Positions 51,463-61,178 of a stretch of 64,000 bases of DNA are shown here, piece by piece. The notes under the pieces were generated by a model. That model worked only from the letters and a program-made list of their open reading frames with translations. It did no database searches and had not been told where the DNA came from. Within the stretch, counting starts at the first letter, position 1; every line of letters starts with the position of its first letter. This DNA is from Rhizophagus irregularis (lineage: Eukaryota), in NCBI RefSeq assembly GCF_026210795.1, contig NC_089433.1:1922001-1986000 (forward strand), written 5' to 3'. The translations under genes and the position numbers were made by a program.

Positions 51463-52188
51463 GAACTTGCCGAGTTCGTGGGCTGGCAAATTTTGAATTT
51501 GCTGTAACGGGCTGTAAGAATCCGGATGGCTAATACGGCTTATTCAATCGGCTAATCATCTGATAATCAGCCGCAAATTTATTGGCTTAATACATTTTAC
51601 AATAATGGACGGATGATCAGTTACAAATTTATGCGATAATCAGTTATAAGCGTTCAAGATCACTATCAATCTAATCAGCCAAATGAATTCACTCGCTGCA
51701 ACTTTTTTTTGCCATGCATACAAGCCCCAACATGTGTAACATGTTATTTTTTTATAAATGGATGTTGATTAATACTTCAATTGTACTATATGCTTTTACG
51801 AGAGTTTTTTTAAAAATTCTCTCATGAAAGTGTTACAATTTTTTTTCGTAATATCACAATGCAAAATTTTTGCATTAGTTCATTCATTTTTCGTAATATT
51901 TCGCATTAGTTCATCCATTTTTCGCAATATTTCGCAAGTTTTTTTTCTTTTTTAGTATAGAATGGCGGAAATGACGTTATGACAACTTCCTCCTTTTTCT
52001 GAACCTCTGGTTCACGTATTCCCCCTTTTTCGTATTTTTAGTTCCTCATTTTCAAATTTCTGATTCATGTCTTTCCCTTTTTCTCATATTTTTCTCCTTT
52101 CGTATTTCTAGTTCCTCTTCAAATTTCTAGTAATATCTTTTTCTCCCTTTCGAGTCTAGTTCATATCTCCTCCTACAATATTATCCCG

Positions 52189-53551
52189 ATGGCTACAAAA
52201 CGTGGTGAAAAATGAAATATTGATGATAATGAAAGAATCTCAAGACGTAATACTGAGAAGAGTAGTGAAGCCGAGAAACGAATAAGATTATCAGACGATA
52301 ATGTTGAAGGTATATATGACATGATATATATCATATTTTTTATAAGAAATTATATAATATATAGTAATTATATTTTATTGTTAAAGTTAATAAAAAAACA
52401 ATAAAAAAACTATTAAGAACCAATTCGCAGATAATTTCTAAGCTTGAAGTTCTTATTACCGGACAAAAAAATCTTGAAACCCGTCTCTCGGGTATAGAAA
52501 AAAAGCTCAACGATGATAACAAAAATAATAATACAATAGATACAGAGTATATAAAGGTAATAAAGATGAATATTATTTAATGTAAACCTGAAATGCTAAT
52601 CTCATTTGATTAGGAGCTCGTTAAGAAGGTGTCAAAAATTTTATTTGAAAATTTTGTTTATCCTTCGCAAGAAGAGTACAGACTTGCTACCGAAAAATAT
52701 TTAAAAGACGAAAATCCAGAATTTATACGCCAGTTCAAAAAAAATCAATGGATTCTTTTTTTCGAAAAAAAAATTGCCCCAACTGTAAGTTAAAGCAATT
52801 ATGAATTTTATTAAATTTCATACTAATATTTTTTTTAATAGTTAGTACAACAACATAGGAGTATAAGAGGGACGTTCACGTCCAGAGTAAAAGATGTAAT
52901 GTATTCTGTTTATGAAGTAACTGGGCATAAATTACCGTCCATTAACACTCAGGCTAGTCCGTCAAAGATTCAGGAATGGAAGAGTAAGCCGGAGGTGAAA
53001 AGATGTTACAACATCCTATTTAAAAAGGTTAAAGATGGACAACCTACGACATATATGTCGCTGATAATTGATAAGTTGCGAAAAGATAATAAAAATCCCT
53101 CAAAAACACAAATAGCGTATGCGATTAGCATATGTGAAACGTACTTAAATCCTAATAATCAAAACATTCAAATGAGTGAAAGTATAATGAAGTCGAAGAT
53201 AATCAACAACTTAGTAAGTTTTTAATTTACAATTTGCAAAATGTGAATTATTTGAATTACAGTTTATTTATTTATTTGTTGATTTTTAGCAAAAGTTGGA
53301 AAATAGGGATAAATTTATACATTCGGACGATGATTCTCATGATGGTAATGATGTAGATGATGGTGGTAATGGAGCAGCTGAAGGTGCTGCGACTAACGAT
53401 GGAGCAGATGCTGCGGTTAACGATGGAACAGGTGCTGCGGTTAACGATGGAACAGGTGCTGCGACTAACGATGGAGCAGGTGCTGCGGTTAATGATGGCA
53501 TAGCTGACGATGATATACTTTCTAGTGACTCTTATAATACAGAGGAGGAAG
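52189..53551 (+). pseudogene. Plavaka accessory gene copy 2, multi-exon, early TGA; C-terminal (NDGxGAA)n acidic repeats
   Basis: ATG at 52189, TGA at 52213, GT-AG introns, ORF pieces 52899-53225 and 53296-. Homologous to 6246-7600. The 3' end is uncertain. Confidence 0.68.
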
Positions 53552-53593
53552 GTCGGTATGTAGATAGTTTATTAGAGAATTATGGGTTGCATA

Positions 53594-53957
53594 CTTTACT
53601 AAAAATGGCCAATTTTTTGAAATGATTTTGTAATAATTTTAAAATACTACAAAAATACATTTAATACATCAAAATGTTTTTATTATATTTTTGCTATTAT
53701 TTTGTAATTATATTATATCTAGGTCTATAAAAATAACTTAAAATAATATCACAATAATTTTTTAATGTTTTTGTTATTATTTTATTATTATAATATAATT
53801 AACTTTAATATTATTTTAATATTTTAATCTCAAAAAATACCTCAAATATATCTTGATATATTTTAAAAATTTTACAAAATAATTGCACAATTGTTTTGAA
53901 AGTTATTGTATCTAGATCTATAAAAATATTTCAAAAAATTGGCCATTTTTAGTAAAG
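53594..53957. mobile_element. MITE (~364 bp) with ~30-bp TIR, flanked by TA
   Basis: TA|CTTTACTAAAAATGGCCAATTTTTTGAAAT ... ATTTCAAAAAATTGGCCATTTTTAGTAAAG|TA. Confidence 0.8.
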
Positions 53958-54051
53958 TAGGAAATAAAAGAAATAAATATTATTTTTTATATATATCACA
54001 CGTAATAGCATTTTTTTTACTATAATAATATAGTTTTAATAAATAAAATGG

Positions 54052-54238
54052 TTATTAATTCTTAACAATACGGGTGTGACATAAATAAATCGTGGCTGAA
54101 ATTTGTGTTCAATTTGTGTTGATAATTCTGGTAAAAAATTTGTTAATTTTGGCCAAATTTCGTTAAATTTGTTAAATTTGTGTTGAATTTGTGTTGATAA
54201 TTTTTAATTTATCACGAGGGGATGATATTTAGTAATTG
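54052..54238 (-). repeat. Internal inverted repeat, right arm (partner 46221-46420)
   Basis: Reverse complement of 46221-46420. Confidence 0.9.
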
Positions 54239-55079
54239 TTTTTCTGGCCAATCAAAATTAGGCTGATCCTTGCATGTGATTTAATCATTTAATCATGCAC
54301 GCGTTTTTTGTCTTATTTATTTTTGTCTCTTATTTCTTTATTCTTTTGTTCAATATTTTTAATTTTTTTGTCTCTTCTTTCTATTATTTCTTTAATTATA
54401 TACAAACAATATATTTACATATATTTCATAATTTATTGTTTTGCAGGTATAGAAATATTTGTTTATTAATACTAATTATTTTCATTTTTTTTTACCTCTT
54501 TGTTACTTTGTATCGTAATACTAACAATAATATCCATGTTTTCTTTATTCCTTTTTACTTGTACTTTAATACTAACGATACTAACAATACTAACAACATG
54601 TTTATTTTTTTTTCTCTTTATTTCTTTATTCTTTTGTTCAATTACTTTGCAGGTATAGAAATATTTATTTATTAATACTAATTATTTTAATATTAACGCG
54701 TTTTTTTTACCTCTTTGTTACTTTATGTCGTAATACTAACAATACTATCTACGTTTCCTTTATTCCTTTTTACTTGTACTTTAATACTAACGATAATATC
54801 CATGTTTCTTTTACTCCTTTTACTGTTTCTTTAACTCTTTTTACCTTAATACTAACAATATTTCTTTTATCTTTATATCTAATACTAACGTTACTATAGC
54901 TGTTTCTCTTCTTTTTACGTCTAATAATATTGTTACTCTTTACTCTTTCTTTTTTTTACTTTTATGTATTCTGTATATTAATAAATACTTGTAATTTTTT
55001 ATGGTTTAATAAAATTATATCTAATAAAACATACATTATATAAACTTATAGTACAGAAAATGAAGTATTATTTTTGAAA

Positions 55080-55500
55080 CATTACGAAATATTAAGTTGT
55101 GTAAAATCACAGAATATTACGAATCGTCAAATTATAGAGCATTACGCATCATAGAATTTCGAAATATTTTAAAAAGTTGCGAAGTATTACGCAGTAAAAT
55201 TACGGAATATTACGAATCGTAAAATTACGAAGCCTTGCATATAGTAATATTTCGAAATATTTTAAAAAGTTACAAAATATTACACTTACGCAAACTTGCG
55301 GCGGGTCTGAAAACTTACGAAATATTATGTAAAATTACGAAATATTGCGAACTGCAAAATTACGGAATATTACAAATCGTAAAATTACGAAGCTTTGCAT
55401 ATCGTAATATTTCGAAATATTTTAAAAAGTTACGAAATATTACGCTTACGCAAACTTGCGGCGGGTCTGAAAGCTTACGAAATATTATGATGTGTAAACT
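55080..55500. repeat. Right subterminal repeats of Plavaka copy 2
   Basis: Repeated ATTACGAA/AATATTACG/TTTCGAAATATTTT motifs. CTTACGCAAACTTGCGGCGGGTCTGAAA occurs twice. Confidence 0.8.
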
Positions 55501-56422
55501 TGCGCAACTTTTCGCACTATATAATTTCCTGATGGAAAGAAGGTGCCACGCAAAAGCGCGTCAGTAATGAAAAGGGGAATATCAGTAACCACCAGGGTAC
55601 GTGCGTGTTCGTCTGCCTTAATAGCCTTGGGGTCATATGCATGGAAATGTAAGCTGAACAAAGAATCCATAGGGGAAGCTGTGGCTTTGTCAAGATCTTC
55701 CTTTTTCCGGAAGTGTACGATGATCCTCTTCAAATCGTTGGATCCACTACATGTGGCACGACTACCATAAGAGGAGAACAAGGAAAGTTATCAATCAACC
55801 GCGTTGCACGCGTCACGGTTCGAAGCGAAGTGAGTCCAAAAGCCTTCGACGTCATTAGGAGCGGCCGAGGCGTAATAGAGTGTAGGTTGAGATTGTACTG
55901 CAGCTTGGGACGCGTCCAGGAAGGCAGCACGTTCTGGGAAGGAGACTACAGGAGTAATTTCTGGGCTTTTGCCTTTATCATTATTATTAGCAGGGGCGTG
56001 TTGAGAAGCGTCAAGAGAAGAGGTATCAGGTTGAGAAGGTATCTCAGCGGAAGTTGTCTCAACAGGGCCAGGAGGCGTGAGAGGTTTATCAACATTCATG
56101 ACAGAGTCGTCAGCACTGACTCTGGTACGTTTATTAGTAGAGGTGGTCGAAAGTGGAGTGTTCAAAGTGTCAGGTAAAGCGGAACCTTGACCAGAAACGT
56201 TGCCGGCTGGAGAGCTAGAGGCAGGACGTTTAGAAGTAGTATCTTTGTTAGACTTGTTATTTTGTTTCTTGTTATCTTTAGCCATGTCGTAGAGTGTCGT
56301 AGTTATCTAAAATAAAGAAAATATAAAGAAAAAGTAATAAAAAACTTCGAAAAAATTTTTTATTTTTTCCGTAAATATTGTCAAGTGAGCAGAACGGGAG
56401 AGAGTTCCGTTTTATCCTTTTA

Positions 56423-56461
56423 CGATCATTTGTGAGTTATATTAGTATTATTCGGGGTCCT
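56423..56461 (-). mobile_element. Orphan terminus of an AGGACCCCG-family element
   Basis: CGATCATTTGTGAGTTATATTAGTATTATTCGGGGTCCT is the reverse complement of the first 39 bp of 25842 and 31954. Confidence 0.85.
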
Positions 56462-59400
56462 GAGAGAATCCAGAGTGGGTTTTTATTGATATCAGCATCA
56501 TGGATAATAGATTCTAGAGTAATAATAGGGTCACGACAAGAACCACCAGGAAGACCAGCGAAGTTACCACCTTTAAGGACATCATGTGAAGCCATAATAG
56601 TAGAAAGGCGATTATAAAAAAGTTTGACAAGAGATTTTCTGATCACTTCAAGTAGAGTAATAGGGTGAATGTTTTTTAGTTGACTCTTCCATTCGTGAGG
56701 CTTGGGGATGGGAAAAACCATTGCTTGTCACTATAAATCAAAAATATCAGCTTTGGAGAGGCATGTTTGAATTAAAATAAGTAGCAGAGCTGAGGTGCGA
56801 GTTCCAAGATGTTTGAGCATTTCATAAGTAATCATAGAAGGACCAGAGGCTTTACCGTTAGAAGTGGAAGAAACGGTGGATAACCATTCGTCAAGGGTAG
56901 GGGGATTCATTAAAGAATCATAGATGGAGGAAGACACATCATCTATAGGTTGGTAGGCAGCAGACCATCTATCAGGTAATGTATCAATAGACACCGGTGG
57001 TGTGGACTTGATAGGTACAAAGTTTTGGAAATGATTAATAACTGCAGCATCTATATCCTTAGGATCAGTTAACAACTGAGGGTGAATGGGATGGTCGATA
57101 AAAATACGATTCAGAGTGATACAGCGACGGGTGCGAGAAAGCGCTGAATCAATAAAGGAGGAAAGGTCAGTTTCAAAATTATTATTTCTATCATTCAAAT
57201 AAGCACGAATGGAGGAATCTTGAAATTCTTTTTCTTGAAGCAACTGAAATCCTCGTAAGGATTTTGAAATAGTAGATAAATCATCAAGGAGTAATTTGAA
57301 ATTATCTTGTCGACATGATAAAAGGGAGGAGGGCAAAATAGGAGTGAAAGTAAATACTTTCTTATACAATTGTAAAATGTTTTGAAGTCTAATTAAATGA
57401 GTAGACCACTTATGTTCATGAGCAGCAGAATAAGTTGAAGGATGTTTGCGCAATATACGTATCGAATGCAGCAGGCAATTTAAAAAACAATAATGTTGAG
57501 TTAAAATTTCCAGATCTTTAGGGACCTTAAGAGTATAATTGTTGCCAACAATAGAAGAAGGTAAAGTAGCATTGGCAGCTTTGAGGATTCGTGATTGAAG
57601 ATATTCGCACATTTGATTGATATGCCAGGAGGAAAAGATTAAAGGTGAAACGTCACATAAAGCATCAGCTTTGTCAGTGAATTCCGTCCATTGAATATCA
57701 GTTACAGAATCAAATTTGAAGATGCGACAGGTTTGGCGCTTAAGTTGTCGAGCGCGAGCCAATTTAATAGAGGCAAAAAGTAAAGACATATCATAGTATG
57801 TGATAACAGGGTTATGATCAGATGTGCAAATGTCTTGAGCATCAAAGATGCAAGTAGTAAGAGCAAATCCTTTGAGAAGAGGGCAGGACCATACATAATC
57901 AACACGAGTAATACGGTCATTGCGATGAAAGGTACCTAAGGAATCAGAAAGATTAACAGGAGTACAGTCTTCATATCCATGAGAGAGGAGATGAAAAAAA
58001 AGGCGGTGGATATGTTTTGAAGCAATTTGAGGTTGATTAAAATAAATAGAATAATATTTATCTAAATGTATATTAAAATCGCTACAAACAGCATGGTAAA
58101 AACCAGCTTGTTTAGTAGAGGAAAGTTGCTGAATAAGCAATTCAATAGTGTCAGAGCGCAAAACACTTTCAGCAGGAGGAGGAATATAAATAACAAATAT
58201 GCGCAATTTAACATTACCTTTGAAATATAAATTAACGGAAAGTAAACGTGAAGAATGAGATTTAAAATCTTGTATATGTGAAGCATGGGAGTTTTCAATA
58301 AAAAGAGAAACACCACCAGAAGAAAGAATTTGTTTAGAAGTATCCAAATCAGAAAAGAATACAGTATAATTAGAATGCGCTTGGATAAAAACTTCATTTG
58401 TTTAGGATGAAGATGAGTATCAACGATACCACCAAAAGAAATATGTTTTAAGGAAAAAAAAGTTGAAATTTCTTCTAGTTTAGTTTGACCATACATTTTG
58501 AGGCCATTAACATTAAAGGAGGAAATATTAAATGAATTGGGGATAAGAGAGGTGTTACTAGAGGAAGAGAATAACGATTCATGTGAAAAAATTTTTGTAA
58601 CATTATCGGGGTTGGGAGGATTTCGTACAAAGGTATCATAATTAAAATTATTGTCTGACATTAAAACACAATGATAAGAACAGTCGGGGAGTTGAAAGTT
58701 GAAGAAGAAAGTTAATTAGAAGAAGCTGAATCAGCTTGTTCCAGGGGAGCACCACCAATGGAACTAATGAATTGTTTGATATGACCAGTGAGTTGGTCCA
58801 ATTTACTTTCAATAACGACTCTACTATTTTGAGATCGTTAATTTCTTCTTGCGTGGAGGAGATAGGGGTAAAAGAAGGAGCATTCGGAAAAGGTGAGAAG
58901 AAGAAAGCGACGTGTTAGAAGCAATAGTGAATGTAGGCGAAGGTCACGTTAAAATACTTTTGGACGGTAAAGAAGATTGAGCAGATGACTGAATATTAAG
59001 CGGAACATGAGTTATAGGGGCATCTTCTTGCATGAGATCCAGTTCAGGTTCATTGGGTTTAGGAAGTGGATCAAGGCCAAGGTGTGATTCAATACGAGTC
59101 ATCCGTTGGTCAGCAAGTTCAAGAGCGGAGATGCGTTTGTGAAAGTTAGCAACTTCACATTGTAATTCTCGCAAAAGGTTTAAAATGTTATTAGCATCGT
59201 CAGGAGATAATGCAGAGTTAGGAGTTTGTCGGGGTAAAGGACGTGCTGTAGAACGAGAGGAGGAAGAAAAGGAGACCGATCGTTCTTTGCTATTATGACG
59301 GGCACGTTGGGAGGTATTGGGAGGGGGTTTATTATGATTATTATCATTATTAGTACGGTCGTGGGAAACGTTATTGGCTCGTCCAGAATTGGAAGCATAT

Positions 59401-61146
59401 CGATCTTTAGATTTGGAGCAAGATCGAGAGTGAGAACGTGCATTGGCGGTATTGGAATTGGAGCGGCGAGGTTGATTAACATTGAATCGTTCTTTGAGTT
59501 TGGCAACAGGGTCGCGAGTGCGACTTCTACCTCTGGTTTGCTTGAGTGGGCAAAAATTCGGAGCACAACCTAATTTGCCACATCTGTGACAAAGTTTATT
59601 AGTATTATCCGAGGAGGACCAGAAAAGCACTTTGCCTTGGAAGCTGACAGTCTGTTCCATAGCAGCATCCATAGTTTCTTGGGAATTGAATATACATGCT
59701 GCCCAAATTATTTTGGGATGCCATAATTATAATTTGGGATGCCATAATTCATTCGGTTTATATATAATTTACTATGTAAAGTGCCAAAATAATTTGGGAT
59801 GCCATAATTGAATTTGGGATTTTACTTATAATTATGGCAGTCCAAAATAATTTGGGTGGCATGTATAGAATTGAAGTTGACGTAAGCCCATCTTTTGGGT
59901 TTGTAGGAATTTAAAGAAAGCGGAACATTAACAGCCTTAGCGCCAAGGTCACGGGTAAGAGGAGTCAAATTAATATCCTTAACATTGGGGGGAAGTTGAG
60001 TGAGGGTGGCAACGTATTGACGGCGCGCAGCCTTTTGTTCCACGGTATAGAAACATGGAGTAATTCTGAGACAGGTGGAAAAACAGTATACAGCCCATTG
60101 ATCGGTGAAATGAGCGATTGAATCGGCGTGATCATACACAATGCGGGCTTGCTGGACTTTAGCATTGGGCCTGGAGAAGAGGCGGCAAGAGGTAATATTA
60201 CCAAATTTTTTGAAATAAGCCATGAGGTTATCCTTCTTAATAAAGAAAGGGATATCAGTAACTTGGATAGCCCGGAGGTCTTCATTGGATCGGAGTTGGC
60301 GAGGGTCATGTGCATGAAAGATCAAGTCAGGGAACTCAGGATGAGAGGAACCAACGCATAAGTCGCGTGCTTCAGCGGTATGGAAGTGGATAACGAGGCG
60401 TTTAGCCTCACCAGAACCAGTCATATGAGCTTTTCCAGTGAATGACTCGTATGTTTCTAAAAAAAGGTTATTCACAGCCTCAATAAGGGCTTTATTGGTA
60501 GGGAATTTCTTGAGAGATTCAGGGGCAGCATTCGGCGCAGCCGCAGCCTGAAAATCATCTTTGGTTATGGCAAAGGTCACCACTGGATCAGGAGTTTGAT
60601 CGTCAACTGGAGCACCATTGGTATCCAAATTGGGCGACGCGTTAGGGGGTTGTTGCAAGTCTTTGTTTGAAGGTACATGCATGGATGCGTCCACATTTCC
60701 AGAAGACGCGACGTGACTGGGCGCAGTTGGCACAGCAGAATTTTTCAGGGAGGAGGTCAAAGTATTTTTGCCAGAGATATTTTGTTGAGGAGAAGAGGAA
60801 GGTCCATCTACTCCAACGTCAGCCGTCTGGGCATCGGCAACGTAGTCTTCTTCCATAGAATTTTCAGTAATCGTACGATTACGTTTCTGCTGAATAGTGT
60901 TTTCACCATCGGAGCTTGAATTATCGGAGTTATTATTATTTTTTCGTTCTTGACGGGAAGCTTTCCTACTGTTAGGGTTATGACTTCCACGGCCTCTCTT
61001 GGCATAGTTACCAGACATAGTAGAGGGCTTTGAGTTGGGAATATATAAAATATAAAATTTTATTAGTAGCTTGTATTATTTTTTAAAAATAATAAAAAAT
61101 TATTTTCGTCGGAAATTTTCGTTTTTGAAAAATTCAGGAGAGAGTT
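56462..61146 (-). mobile_element. LINE family A, copy A3 (5' UTR, ORF1, APE and first part of RT; 3'-truncated)
   Basis: ORF1 61018 to ~58714 and ORF2 from 58661. Homologous to 13250-17748; broken at PLWILS by the orphan terminus. Confidence 0.92.
59691..59867. mobile_element. MITE (177 bp), ~40-bp TIR, 8-bp TSD GAATTGAA (hAT-like TSD length)
   Basis: Left TATACATGCTGCCCAAATTATTTTGGGATGCCATAATTATAA; right TTATAATTATGGCAGTCCAAAATAATTTGGGTGGCATGTATA. TSD at 59683-59690 and 59868-59875. Confidence 0.9.
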
Positions 61147-61178
61147 ACTAATCAAAAACCACTGCTAGTTAAAAACCA

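Larger units (their letters stand above)
44134..55534. mobile_element. Plavaka-type DNA transposon, copy 2, complete (11.4 kb), TIR CATCAGGAAATT, 2-bp TSD GA
   Basis: Left end CATCAGGAAATTTTATAGCGCAAAAAATTGCGTAAGTTTAC; right end GTAAACTTGCGCAACTTTTCGCACTATATAATTTCCTGATG. GA at 44132-44133 and 55535-55536. Excision restores the LINE ORF1 frame. Confidence 0.93.
42858..56285 (-). pseudogene. LINE B ORF1, split by Plavaka copy 2 (pieces 55535-56285 and 42858-44133)
   Basis: Starts MAKDNKK and includes LVVTDIPLF. Removing 44134-55536 restores in-frame RGTFFRYGNITRC. Knuckle CHRCGRPNCNPDRC. Confidence 0.87.
37170..56408 (-). mobile_element. LINE family B, full length (~7.8 kb excluding the Plavaka copy 2 insertion), degenerate
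   Basis: 5' end AACTCTCTCC (56397-56406), then ORF1, ORF2 and 3' UTR ending GACTGTTTGCACA. Flanked by TTTTATCCTTTTAC at 37156-37169 and 56410-56423. Confidence 0.92.

Noticed and set aside
54295..54675. 126-aa hydrophobic ORF
   Set aside because: Low-complexity T-rich sequence with internal duplications, giving a compositional F/I/L/Y ORF.
55543..56177. Plus-strand ORFs overlapping LINE coding regions (and similar shadow ORFs throughout)
   Set aside because: They are antisense or alternate-frame shadows of LINE ORF1/ORF2.
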